Positions 49,205 through 61,366 of a stretch of DNA of 64,000 nucleotides are shown in pieces. Location of the stretch: NCBI GenBank assembly GCA_002269645.1, contig NIVC01002501.1, forward strand, positions 103,676-167,675. The letters run 5' to 3'. The position numbers and the translations under genes were made by a program. The stretch's first letter is position 1; each line of letters opens with the position of its first letter. This DNA is from Macrostomum lignano. Its lineage: Eukaryota. The notes under the pieces are model-generated. The model was not told where the DNA came from. It did not search any database and saw nothing but the letters and a program-made list of their open reading frames with translations.

Positions 49205-50645
49205 ACCTGGGTTGTAGCTATGAGACACCAGGGTTGTAGCTATGAGACACCTGGGTTGTAGCTGTGAGACACCTTGTTTGTAGCTGTGAGACACCTGGGT
49301 TGTAGCTGTGAGACACCTGGGTTGTAGCTGTGAGATACCTGGGTTGTAGCTGTGAGACACCTGGGTTGTAGCTATGAGACACCTGGGTTGTAGCTATGAG
49401 ACACCTGGGTTGTAGCTATGAGACACCTGGGTTGTAGCTATGAGACACCTGGGTTGTAGCTATGAGACACCTGGGTTGTAGCTATGAGATACCTGGGTTG
49501 TAGCTATGAGACACCTGGGTTGTAGCTATGAGACACCTGGGTTGTAGCTATGAGACACCTGGGTTGTAGCTATGAGACACCTGGGTTGTAGCTGTGAGAC
49601 ACCTGGGTTGTAGCTGTGAGACACCTGGGTTGTAGCTATATGAGACACCTTGTTTGTAGCTATGAGACACCTGGGTTGTAGCTATGAGACACCTGGGTTG
49701 TAGCTATGAAACACCTGGGTTGTAGCTATGAGACACCTGGGTTGTAGCTATGAGACACCTGGGTTGTAGCTGTGAGACACCTGGGTTGTAGCTGTGAGAC
49801 ACCTGGGTTGTAGCTATGAGACACCTTGTTTGTAGCTGTGAGACACCTGGGTTGTAGCTATGAGACACCTGGGTTGTAGCTATGAAACACCTGGGTTGTA
49901 GCTATGAGACACCTGGGTTGTAGCTATGAGACACCTTGTTTGTAGCTGTGAGACACCTGGGTTGTAGCTATGAGACACCTGGGTTGTAGCTATGAAACAC
50001 CTGGGTTGTAGCTATGAGACACCTGGGTTGTAGCTATGAGACACCTGGGTTGTAGCTATGAGACACCAACCAGGGTTGTAGCTATGAGATACCTGGGTTG
50101 TAGCTATGAGATACCTGGGTTTGTAAAATAGAAATACTTGGGCTGCAGTTTGAGACACCTGGACTGCAGGCTGAGACACCAAGACTGCAGGTTGAGACAC
50201 CTGGACTGCAGGTTAAGACACCTGGGGCAGATTGAGACACCTGGACTGCAGATTGAGACACCTGGGCTGCAGGTTAAGACACCTAGGCTGCAGGTTGAGA
50301 CACCTGGACTGCGGGTTAGATGTACCTGGGCTGCAGATTGAGACACCTGGGCTGCAGGTTAAGACACCTAGGCTGCAGGTTGAGACACCTGGACTGCGGG
50401 TTAGATGTACCTGGGCTGCAGATTGAGACACCTGGGCTGCAGGTTAAGACACCTAGGCTGCAGATTGAGACACCTGGGACTGCAGATTGAGACACCTGGG
50501 CTGCAGGTTAAGACACCTGGGGCAGATTGAGACACCTAGGCTGCAGATTGAGACACCTGGGACTGCAGGTTAAGACACCTGGGGCAGATTGAGACACCTA
50601 GGCTGCAGATTGAGACACCTGGGACTGCAGGTTAAGATACCTGAG
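49205..50645. repeat. two adjacent related 22-23-bp intronic minisatellites (GGGTTGTAGCTATGAGACACCT; GGGCTGCAGATTGAGACACCT)
   Basis: About 40 units at 49205-50125 and about 22 units at 50140-50645; both share GAGACACCT. Confidence 0.95.
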
Positions 50646-50680
50646 CTGTAAGCTGACACAAAGAAATCGCAGCTGCTCAC

Positions 50681-51016
50681 CGCGTACTTGTCGGCCAGCC
50701 GGTGCACCTCGAGCAGCCTCTCCGCGGAGTCCAGGATCACCCGGCCGGTGTACATGAAGCGCAGCACGTCGGCAAAGCAGCCCAGCTGATCGTCGGCCAG
50801 GTCGAGTCGCACGCAGCCGGAGCCGGACTCCAGCCAGTCGCCGGTCAGCATGGCCCGGAACACGGGGCTGGCGGCCGACAGCACCAGCTTGTGCGCGTGC
50901 AGAGTCCGGTCGCCGAGCAGCAGGCGGACGTCGGCAGTCTGGCTGCAGTTGAACAGGCAGCCGATGGGCGCCTCGGCGCGGAACTCGCCCGGCCGGCCTC
51001 TGCCCGCGGCCGACAT
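50681..51016 (-). CDS. BTB-BACK protein, exon 1 (BTB/POZ domain)
   Basis: LFNCSQTADVRLLLGDRTLHAHKLVLSAASPVFRAML...FADVLRFMYTGRV...LLEVHRLADKY. Donor GCG|GTGAGC. Confidence 0.92.
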
Positions 51017-51219
51017 GCGGCGATGAGGAGATTGTTGATGAGGCGGCGAGTCTGAGGGGAGGGAAGCTGCGACCGCGGCTGCAATTGGAAGCAAGTTAAT
51101 ATAAAATTAGCGCGATGCACCTACTTTAGTAGTATGCACGGCATCGGTAAAGCTTGGAGCTCAAGACTGGGTGTTCAGGAGAGTTTTGGTAGATTTCGGG
51201 GGCGATGCGAGACCGTTTC

Positions 51220-52100
51220 TAGGGGGATTTGAGGCGATTCTGAGGGGGATTTGAGGCGATTCTGAGGGGGATTTGAGGCGATTCTGAGGGGGATTTGAGG
51301 CGATTCTGAGGGGCGATTTGAGGCGATTCTGAGGGGGATTTGAGGCGATTCTGAGGGGCGTTTCTAAAGGGCGATTCTGAGGGGCGATTCTAAAGGGCGA
51401 TTTGAGGCGATTCTAAAGGGCGATTTAAGGTGATTCTGAGGAGCGAATCGAGGCGATTCTGAGGGGCGAATTGAGGCGATTCTGAGGGGCGATTCTAAAG
51501 GGCGATTTAAGGCTATTCTAAAAGGCGATTTAAGGCGATTCTGAGGGGCGATTCTAAAGGGCGATTCTGAGGGGCGATTTAAGGCTATTCTAAAGGGCGA
51601 TTTAAGGCGATTCTGAGGGGCGATTCTAAAGGGCGATTCTGAGGGGCGATTCTAAAGGGCGATTCTGAGGGGCGATTCTAAAGGGCGATTTGAGGCGAGT
51701 TTGAAGGGCAATTTTAGGCAATTCTGAGGGGCGATTTGAGGTGATTCTGAGGGGTGATTTAGGGCCATTCTGAGGGGCGAATTGAGGCGATTCTGAGGGA
51801 TTATTTAGGGCTATTCTGAGGGGTGATTTGAGGCGATTCTGAGAGGTGATTTAGGGCTATTCTGAGGGGTGATTTAGGGCTATTCTGAGGGTTGATTTAG
51901 GGCCAATCTGAGGGTTGATTTAGGGCCATTCTGAGGGGTGATTTAGGGCCATTCTAAAGGGTGATTTATGGCCATTCTGAGGGGGGATTTAGGGCCATTC
52001 TGAGGGGTGATTTAGGGCTATTCTGAGGGGGGATTTAGGGCCATTCTGAGGGTGATTTAGGGCCATTCTGAGGGGTGATTTAGGGCCATTCTGAGGGGTG
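51220..52100. repeat. degenerate 16-25-bp minisatellite (GAGGCGATTCTGAGGGG / GGTGATTTAGGGCCATTCTGAG)
   Basis: The unit drifts progressively along the array. Confidence 0.92.
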
Positions 52101-52355
52101 ATTAATGCTACTTTGATTTACGAATTGAAGTGATTCCAAGCGACAAAGGCTATTTGCAAAAGCGATTTAATGTCATCATTGGGGTGATCCATGGGAAAAA
52201 CAACTAAAGGAATGTCAAAATTTCTACAAATCAAATATAAAGCATAACAGGTCTAATATTTATTTCTGCAAGCGCAATTATAAAATCAATCAATTGAGTA
52301 AAAGTATGAAAGAATTTTCAGTAATAAACTCTCCCCGTCGCAGTAACAATCAAGG

Positions 52356-52709
52356 TCAGTAGAACAGCGCCTGGAACCAGTCGGCTGAACCAACAGACCA
52401 GTCCTTCACGGGAGCGTCCAGAGCCTGTCTCAGCGAGGCCAGTCGCTTCGAGTTGGTGACCAGATCGGAGAACGGGAAGGCGAACGCCAGCAGGTTGAGC
52501 AGCGGGGCCAGCGGCAGCAGCAGAGGCAGAAGGCCGGTGGAGGTGGCCGTGGCGGAGCCCCGGCGCAGGTCGATGACAATGATGTCCAGCCAGCGGCAGC
52601 GGGCAGTGAGGTTCAGCACGGTGACCTGGCCAGCTTCGCGATTGGCCGAGCCGATCAGCCAATCACAGTTGAGGTGCTTGTCTCGGTTGAACCTGTCTAC
52701 CGTCTTCAC
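52356..52709 (-). CDS. orphan two-exon gene, exon 2 (hydrophobic segment LLPLLLPLAPLLNLLAFAFPF)
   Basis: GC3-rich island, acceptor CCTTCAG|GTG in phase 0, open to the stop. No recognisable domain. Confidence 0.55.
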   Translation of the reverse strand: MKTVDRFNRDKHLNCDWLIGSANREAGQVTVLNLTARCRWLDIIVIDLRRGSATATSTGLLPLLLPLAPLLNLLAFAFPFSDLVTNSKRLASLRQALDAPVKDWSVGSADWFQALFY

Positions 52710-52845
52710 CTGAAGGTGGCGTTTTTAATAGAATTTTTTAATATTTGAGGATTTTGGCAGCCTTGGAGGGGGCGGATTTTGAGTAGCCTTGGAGCTTTGG
52801 AGGGGTGGATTTTGAGTAGCCTTGGAAAGGGGGGATTTTGAGTAG

Positions 52846-55800
52846 CCCGTCGAACTTTTCACCCGGAATTTCGCCCGGAATTTTTTGCGTTCACCCGGAA
52901 TTTTTTCCTATTCCAGTAATGCAATCTGATCCGGGTGGAAATTCCGGATCTGTAACGAAAGTTTACAGAATCCGGGCGAAATTTCCGGATCAAAAAGAAA
53001 AATTCCGGAAAATAGACCCGGATCGCTAAAAAAAATCCGGTGACTGTTCCGGGTGCGGGCGATCCAGGGGAGTGAACCGGATGAACAGCACACAATTCTG
53101 AACCGGATCAGCAGTGAACCGGAGTGAACCGGATCAGCACACAATTCCGGGCGAGTGAACCGGATCAGCACACAAATCCGGATCAGCTTCCGGGCGAAAC
53201 CGGATCAGCACACAAATCCGGGCGAGTGAACCGGATCAGCACACAAATCCGGGCGAATTCCGGGAGAGTGAACCGGATTAGCACACGAATCCAGGTGAAT
53301 TCTGGATGATTGAACCGGATTTGCAGCCAAATCTTGGGCTTATCACAGTAGCAGAAAATTAAATAAAGAACGGGTCATTGTTCCATACATTTTCCACGAC
53401 TACGAATTGAATCGAATTCGATTTAGCCGTCCACGAACAGAAATACTGAATTCAGTTGTGCACAACTGTAAATCGTATATTTCTATGCACTTCTACGTAC
53501 TTTCAGAAACAAAAAATGCTGACCTTCTGAATGTCACTCGGATGGGCAGCTGGACTTCGATGCTACCATTAACTTTTTTTGAAGCCGTATACGGTTTTAT
53601 ATACCTTATCGCGACATTGGCTACTCTTCAGGGATCCCCATCGCCTACCTCTGATTGCATCTGTCAGGTGGGTCACTCGCTATACAGCTAATTAGCTAGT
53701 TAACTCAAGTCAGCTGACTTGTCTATTCACTTGCTTAAGAATTGTAAAGATCTCCGCAAAAATTAAGGAACGACTTTTGTCTCATTTTCCAGGACCTATC
53801 AGGGCTCATAAATGTAGACAGCCAATGTCTCGAAGAGCGTTTCTAATGAAATCGAATCCAGCAAATTTGGCCTTAACAAAAACCTAGAAATTAATTGCAA
53901 ATAAATGCGGTGGTTGTGTTATGCACTCGATCTTGGACATCGCCCGCATTTCACTCCTCGAGTAGCTCGCCGTCTGGAAATATATGTTTCCAGAAGTCGG
54001 CCCCTCATTTTCGGCAGCACTGGCGATTCGTCGCGCCTTCACCTGGTCCGCCTTCTTTTGCCGCTCTGCGGCTGGCCGAGATTGAAAGAGCACTGCCTGG
54101 CTTCTCGCCACGGTCGTGTCGGATTCCGACGAGCTCGTAGCGGAGATAGCTTCCAATCGAAGAACTTCAGCTTTCATCTGACGATTTTCGGCTTGAGCCT
54201 CCGACAGCTTTTCACGAACTCCGCTCAATTGATGGCCTATTAAGTACATAAAAATGAGGAGAGTGGCGAAGCAGATTCAAACTTAAGAATCGACAACACT
54301 TATATATATACGAGGCTGCTAACGTCTTCTAGTATATGCATAAAAAACTTACACAGTTCGTCCTCGGCTTCGCCTTGGGCCCGAATCTGATCCATCATTG
54401 TGGTGCATGACGGGCATCGTGACGGCTGCGGTTGCTGCGATGGCACACGCGCCAAAGCAGTCGCTTCAATCGCTTGGGCCTTTCTATCCAAAGGCCCCTT
54501 CCAGAGAGTGGCGGAATACCGGGATCCGGTACTCTTGTTAGCAGCCGTGACAACGTGATCTGCTCACGGCTGGTGCAACTGCAAACGCCTTAGACAAACC
54601 AATGGAGCATGTACCGACAAAAATCGGATTAGCGTCTATCTTAATAGGAAAGCTGCTTTGCATACTGGGCCAGTTAGAGCTATTTGGAACTATGCCACAG
54701 TCTCCGTCTAGACACCCAGCTGTGCCAAACAATATGGTTGGCTGATTTTATGCTTCTAAGCGTCAAATATGACGATAGAATCATTCAGCCCGTTGACACA
54801 CTAAGCAGCTGTGATAGACTACATGCCAGTGGAAGTCAAACCTCTCGCACACAAACAGGGCGCAACAATTTTTCAATTGTCACCTGTACGGAGGATGGGC
54901 TCAGCCTCACATTACGGACGCTACAGAGCCGCCGAAAAGCAGATCAATTCACATTGCAATTTCGAGGCTTTATTACCCCTCGCTTTCCAAGAGGAATTAG
55001 CGCCGTTGACCAAATGGATGCCAGGGATTGCCTGATGGGATAGCCATTTGCTGGGGTCTGTATTCAGCGGTTTTCCATCGGAGGCTTCCTCTCAAAATCC
55101 CCATGGAACTTATATAATGGATGCCGGATTGATTCCGACTCAAGTCCCGAAATTTTCCCGGATCAGCTTCGCCCGGAACTTGGCTGAAATTCGGGTCAAG
55201 GGAGCTGATCCAGGTGAATTTTCCGGATTATTTGGTCCGGATCACTAGGGAATTCCGACTCAAGTCCCAAAATTTTCCCGGATCAGCTTCGCCCGGAACT
55301 TGGCTGAAATTCGGGTCAAGGGAGCTGATCCAGGTGAATTTTCCGGATCAGTTGGTCCGGATCACTAGGGAATTCCGACTCAAGTCCCGAAATTTTCCCG
55401 GATCAGCTTCGCCCGGAACTTGGCTGAAATTCGGGTCAAGGGAGCTGATCCAAATGGGTGAATTTTCCGGATTATTTGGTCCGGATCGCTAGGGAATTCC
55501 GACTCAAGTCCCGAAATTTTCCCGGATCAGCTTCGCCCGGAACTTGGCTGAAATTCGGGTCAAGGGAGCTGATCCGGGTGAATTTTCCGGATTAGTTGGT
55601 CCGGATCACTGGAGAATTCCGACTCAATTCCCGAAATCTCACCCGGAACATTTTCACCCGGAACACTACTGAAATTCGGGTCTACACCCAGAATTCCATA
55701 GTGTTCCAGGTGAAAAATTCCGGAAAATCAGACCGGAACAGCTTTCCTTTTCCCGAAAATTTTCCGGATCATATTTCCGGATTTTTTTCCGGAACAAGGG

Positions 55801-55909
55801 GCTGTTCCGGGCCAAAAAAGCTGATCCGGGCCTTCACCCGGAAATCAATTAAAAATCGGGCCCGGATCACAAAATTCCGGAAAAAATTCCGGGTGAAACG
55901 TTCGACGGG
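52846..55909. mobile_element. 3064-bp CACTA/EnSpm(CMC)-like non-autonomous DNA transposon
   Basis: TIR CCCGTCGAAC(T/G)TTTCACCCGGAATTT at both ends and a 2-bp TSD AG that splits one minisatellite unit. Dense subterminal CCGGAA/CCGGAT repeats and about four 120-bp internal tandem units (55130-55620). The superfamily is inferred from the CCC termini and 2-bp TSD. Confidence 0.82.
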
Positions 55910-56550
55910 AGCCCTAGAGGGGCGGATTTTGAGTAGCCCTAGAAGGGGCGGATTTTGAGTAGCCTTGGAAAGGGGTGATTTGGAGTAGCTTTGGAGAGGG
56001 CGGATTTTGAGTAGCCTTCGAGGGGCAGATTTTGAGTAGCCTTGGAGGGGGCGGATTTTGAGTAGCCTTGGAGGGGCGGATTTTGAGTAGCCCTAGAGGG
56101 GGCGGATTTTGAGTAGCCTCGGAGGGGCGGATTTTGAGTAGCCCTAGAGGGGGCGGATTTTGAGTAGCCTCGGAGGGGCAGATTTGGAGTAGCCTTGAAG
56201 GGGGCGGATTTTGAGTAGCCTCGGAGGGGCGGATTTTGAGTAGCCTTGGAGGGGGCGGATTTTGAGTAGCCCTAGAGGGGGCGGATTTTGAGTAGCCATG
56301 GAGGGGGCGGATTTTGAGTAGCCTCGGAGGGGCAGATTTTGAGTAGCCTTGGAGGGGGCGGATTTTGAGTAGCCCTAGAGGGGGCGGATTTTGAGTAGCC
56401 TCGGAGGGGCAGATTTTGAGAAGCCTTGGAGGGGGCGGATTTTGAGAAGCCTTGGAGGGGGCGGATTTGGAGTAGCCTTGGAGGGGGCGGATTTTGAGTA
56501 GCCTTGGAGGGGGGCGGATTTTGAGTAGCCTTGGAGGGGGCGGATTTTGA
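55910..56550. repeat. 25-26-bp minisatellite (GGAGGGGCGGATTTTGAGTAGCCTT); its left part is displaced to 52765-52845 by the transposon
   Basis: The same unit lies on both sides of the insertion. Confidence 0.95.
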
Positions 56551-56601
56551 TATTTTAGAAAACTTTGCTAATTAGGGAGCTGAGCGCCAGTCGCCTCTCA
56601 C

Positions 56602-56796
56602 CACGGAGTCCACCAGCTCGGCAGCCTCGGACCCGCCGGTCCGCCAGACCTCCCTGTAGCTGTGCACTCGATTGAGCAGCGGGCACCAGATGGCGGGCCG
56701 CAGCCAGGCCTGGATGCTGGCCTGCAGCAGCACAAACCAGGCGATGCGGCCGGGAGGCTGCGGCTGAGTGGGCGATGCAGCGGGAGCTGACGGCAT
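56602..56796 (-). CDS. orphan two-exon gene, exon 1
   Basis: MPSAPAASP...GRIAWFVLLQASIQAWLRPAIWCPLLNRV...ELVDSV, 65 codons, with a phase-0 donor GTG|GTGAGA compatible with the 52709 acceptor. Confidence 0.5.
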
Positions 56797-56857
56797 GGCT
56801 ACTGAGTCTCAGAGAGGAAAAACTGCTCATGCAATAAATTGTGGATTCGCATAAGAC

Positions 56858-58285
56858 ACAAAATCCGCCCCTGTTCAAAGACTCTCAAAATCCATCCTCT
56901 GTTCAAAGACTCTCAAAATCCATCCTCTGTTCAAAGACTCTCAAAATCCATCCTCTTTTCAAAGACTCTCAAAATCTATCCTCTTTTCAAAGACTCTCAA
57001 AATCCATCCTCTTTTCAAAGACTCTCAAAATCCATCCTCTTTTCAAAGACTCTCAAAATCCGCCCCTGTTCAAAGACTCTCAAAATCCATCCTCTGTTCA
57101 AAGACTCTCAAAATCCATCCTCTTTTCAAAGACTCTCAAAATCCGCCCCTGTTCAAAGACTCTCAAAATCCATCCTCTTTTCAAAGACTCTCAAAATCCA
57201 TCCTCTTTTCAAAGACTCTCAAAATCCATCCTCTGTTCAAAGACTCTCAAAATCCATCCTCTGTTCAAAGACTCTCAAAATCCATCCTCTGTTCAAAGAC
57301 TCTCAAAATCCATCCTCTTTTCAAAGACTCTCAAAATCCGCCCCTGTTCAAAGACTCTCAAAATCCATCCTCTTTCAAAGACTCTCAAAATCCATCCTCT
57401 GTTCAAAGACTCTCAAAATCCATCCTCTGTTCAAAGACTCTCAAAATCCATCCTCTGTTCAAAGACTCTCAAAATCCATCCTCTGTTCAAAGACTCTCAA
57501 AATCCATCCTCTGTTCAAAGACTCTCAAAATCCATCCTCTGTTCAAAGACTCTCAAAATCCATCCTCTGTTCAAAGACTCTCAAAATCCGCCCCTGTTCA
57601 AAGACTCTCAAAATCCATCCTCTTTTCAAAGACTCTCAAAATCCGCCCCTGTTCAAAGACTCTCAAAATCCATCCTCTGTTCAAAGACTCTCAAAATCCA
57701 TCCTCTGTTCAAAGACTCTCAAAATCCGCCCTGTTCAAAGACTCTCAAAATCCATCCTCTGTTCAAAGACTCTCAAAATCCATCCTCTGTTCAAAGACTC
57801 TCAAAATCCATCCTCTGTTCAAAGACTCTCAAAATCCATCCTCTGTTCAAAGACTCTCAAAATCCATCCTCTGTTCAAAGACTCTCAAAATCCGCCCCTG
57901 TTCAAAGACTCTCAAAATCCATCCTCTTTTCAAAGACTCTCAAAATCCGCCCCTGTTCAAAGACTCTCAAAATCCATCCTCTTTTCAAAGACTCTCAAAA
58001 TCCATCCTCTGTTCAAAGACTCTCAAAATCCATCCTCTTTTCAAAGACTCTCAAAATCCATCCTCTGTTCAAAGACTCTCAAAATCCATCCTCTGTTCAA
58101 AGACTCTCAAAATCCGCCCCTGTTCAAAGACTCTCAAAATCCATCCTCTTTTCAAAGACTCTCAAAATCCATCCTCTGTTCAAAGACTCTCAAAATCCAT
58201 CCTCTGTTCAAAGACTCTCAAAATCCATCCTCTGTTCAAAGACTCTCAAAATCCGCCCCTGTTCAAAGACTCTCAAAATCCGCCC
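56858..58285. repeat. 27/28-bp minisatellite (TTCAAAGACTCTCAAAATCC[ATCCTCT/GCCCCT]G), about 50 units
   Basis: Two interspersed unit variants; this array is the source of the 541-aa and 489-aa spurious ORFs. Confidence 0.97.
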
Positions 58286-58773
58286 TCTTTTCTATTTCAA
58301 AGATTCCTGAATCTGCCACTGAGGGCCCTGATTCGCGCACTATACTAGAAGTGAATAACTATGTCAATAGAAATGTTTATGTAAAGTCCAGAGGTTTTAA
58401 AAACGCGGCGAAAGAAAGACGAAAACGTGAAATAGAAAAAACAAAAAAAATTTTGTTTATTTAAGGATTTTCGAAGACGGACGGAAAATGGACGGTCGGA
58501 ACTCATACCGAATGCTGAGTTCATGGGGCAAGGTGCTCAATACAAAGATTAAAATTTGTATACTAAGTTTAAAAATTATAGAATAATAAAAAATAATCAC
58601 AAACTGGCTACTTTAAGTAGTGAAATTGGTGATATGAAAAATCTACGACAGGCACTTGCAGCAAATAAATATTAAGAGATTCGCTACTAACATACTACTA
58701 GCATGCGAAATGAGTAGTGCAGTTGGAATTGAAACCATGAGCAACTTCAGCACGGCATGAAATGCCAATAGAA

Positions 58774-58933
58774 TCAGCTCGGAGACACCACCCACACGGG
58801 CAGGAACTGGTCCAGATACTTCGGGTCCGGCAAGCTGTTCTTAGTGACCACCATGAACCGGAAGTGCTCCAGGCGCCAGGCCCTGTTCTCACCGTACTCG
58901 GCGCTGTCGCCGGGTCTGACGAGGCGCCGCCAG
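58774..58933 (-). CDS. IQANK1: IQANK1-like, last exon
   Basis: Acceptor TTTCAG|C, then WRRLVRPGDSAEY..AWRLEHFRFMVVTK. Stop at 58774-58776. Confidence 0.75.
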
Positions 58934-58989
58934 CTGAAAGAGAAGCCGATTGAAATGAATTTCAGTATGCTAAGGTCAGAACTGCTGCG

Positions 58990-59485
58990 GGGGGTCAAGG
59001 TCAGCAGGGGGTCAAAGTCTGCAGGGGGTCAAGGTCAACAGGAGATCCAAGGTCAACAGGAGATCTAAGGTCAACAGGAGATCCAAGGTCAACAAGAGAT
59101 CCAAGGTCAACAAGAGATCCTAGGTCAACAAGAGATCCAAGGTCAACAGGAGATCTAAGGTCAACAAGAGATCCAAGGTCAACAAGAGATCCAAGGTCAA
59201 CAAGAGATCCAAGGTCAACAAGAGATCCAAGGTCAACAAGAGATCCAAGGTCAACAAGAGATCCAAGGTCAACAGGAGTTCCAAGGTCAACAGGAGATCC
59301 AAGGTCAACAGGAGTTCCATGGTCAACAGGAGATCCAAGGTCAACAGGAGTTCCATGGTCAACAGGAGATCCAAGGTCAACAGGAGTTCCATGGTCAACA
59401 GGAGATCCAAGGTCAACAGGAGATCCAAGGTCAACAGGAGATCCAAGGTCAACAAGAGATCCAAGGTCAACAGGAGATCCGTCAT
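58990..59485. repeat. 18-bp intronic minisatellite (GGTCAACAGGAGATCCAA)
   Basis: About 27 units. Confidence 0.95.
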
Positions 59486-59563
59486 CAAAGGTCAATCAGG
59501 GTATTTAAAGGAAAATAGCCCATTACAATGAAGAGATGCCCAGCACTGAATTCTGGCACTCAC

Positions 59564-59698
59564 TTCGCATCCTTCAGAATGGACTTGTCGATCAGCATCT
59601 GCAGGAGATTCGGGCAGATTTCCCCGAATCGAACAGCGCAAGAGGAGTCCAGCAGGTGGTCCAGGTCCATCAGGTCCAGCACGAACGGCTTGCCGAAA
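59564..59698 (-). CDS. IQANK1: IQANK1-like internal exon
   Basis: GALR|FGKPFVLDLMDLD...; acceptor ATGCAG|T and donor AA|GTGAGT, both phase 2. Confidence 0.82.
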
Positions 59699-59799
59699 CT
59701 GCATGTAGGAAGGGATTTTCTGGTATTAAGGGCGCGATTGTTGCACTTTTAGGGGCGGCGGTGGCCCACGTAGCTGTAGGGTGTAGGAAGGCCTGAGGA

Positions 59800-60975
59800 T
59801 CTGGATGCATAGATTATCTGGGAGTGCCTGGGGATCTGGAAGAGCCTGTGGATCTGGGAGTGCCTGGGGATCTGGAAGGCCCCGAGGATCTGGGAGGGCC
59901 TGGGGATCTGGGAGAGCCTGTGGATCTGGGAGGGCCAGGGTATCTGGGAGTGCCTGGGGATCTGGAAGGCCCCGAGGATCTGGGAGGGCCAGGGGATCTG
60001 GGAGGGCCAGGGTATCTGGGAGGGCCAGGGGATCTGGGAGGGCCAGGGGATCTGGGAGGGCCAGGGTATCTGGGAGTGCCTGGGGATCTGGAAGGCCCCG
60101 AGGATCTGGGAGGGCCAGGGGATCTGGGAGGGCCAGGGTATCTGGGAGGGCCAGGGGATCTGGGAGGGCCAGGGTATCTGGGAGTGCCTGGGGATCTGGA
60201 AGGCCCTGAGGATCTGGGAGTGTCGGGATCTGGGAGGGCCTGGGGATCTGGAAGTGTCTGGGGATCTGGGAGGGCCTGGGGATCTAGGAGTGTCTGGGGA
60301 TCTGGGAGTGTCGGGATCTGGGAGGGCCTGGGGATCTGGGAGTGTCGGGATCTGGGAGGGCCTGGGGATCTGGGAGTGTCTGGGGATCTGGGAGGGCCTG
60401 GGGATCTAGGAGTGTCTGGGGATCTGGGAGGGCCTGGGGATTCAAAAAGGCCTGGGGATCTGGGAGGGCCAGGGGATCTGGGAGGGCCTGGGAATATGGG
60501 AGGGCCAGGGGATCTGGGAGGGCCTGGGAATATGGGAGGGCCAGGGGATCTGGGAGGGCCTGGGAATATGGGAGGGCCAGGGGATCTGGAAGGCCCTGAG
60601 GATCTGGGAGGGCCAGGGGATTCAAAAAGGCCTGGGGATCTGGAAGGCCCTGAGGATCTGGGAGTGTCTGGGGATCTGGGAGGGCCTGGAGATCTGAAAG
60701 GCCCTGGGGATCTGGGAGGCCCTGGGGATCTGGGAGGCCATGGGGATGTGGAATGCCTTGGGGATCTGGATGCCTTGGGGATCTGGATGCCTTGGGGATC
60801 TGGGATGCCCTGGGGATCTGGGAGGCCATGGGGATGTGGAATGCCTTGGGGATCTGGGAGGCCCTGGGGATCTGGGAGGCCATGGGATGTGGAATGCCTT
60901 GGGGATCTGGATGCCTTGGGGATCTGGATGCCTTGGGGATCTGGGATGCCCTGGGGATCTGGGAGGGCCTGGGAT
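59800..60975. repeat. 9/18-bp-based G-rich intronic minisatellite (GGGGATCTGGGAGGGCCT variants)
   Basis: Long degenerate array. Confidence 0.93.
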
Positions 60976-61117
60976 CCCCAAAGACTGAGGATGTTAAGGG
61001 ACTGGGGATCCTAGAGGGTCATAGGGTCTGAGAGGGTGCCCAGCAGGGGAACTAGGAGGGGACCTGGGAGGGTGGCCCAGCCGGAGCATCCGGGAAGCAC
61101 AAAGAATCTGCACTGAC

Positions 61118-61366
61118 CGCAGGGCGCCCATGACGGCCATCCGCAGCTTGTTGACCTCCATGTCGGCAGGGTTGAGCGCGTTGGCATAGTTGGTGTCCCT
61201 GTAGCGCAGGAAGGTGCAGGCCATGCCGCTGGGGTCCACCAGCAGAGGCCAGCGGTTGCTATCCTGGATCCGGTTGCCCACATCCCGCAGCAGGATGTCG
61301 TCGAGTTCGCGGACGTTGGCCGAATGCCTGGACGAGACTCGTCGCCAGCCGACTTGCCTTCCTGGT
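61118..61366 (-). CDS. IQANK1: IQANK1-like internal exon; apparent 1-bp deletion at 61320-61321
   Basis: NVRELDDILLRDVGNRIQDSNRWPLLVDPSGMACTFLRYRDTNY...GALR closely matches IQANK1. Phase-1 acceptor CACAG|AC. Confidence 0.88.

Noticed and set aside
56839-58464. 541-aa and 489-aa ORFs, the longest in the track
   Set aside because: They are translations of the 27/28-bp minisatellite, are open in more than one frame, and contain no domain.
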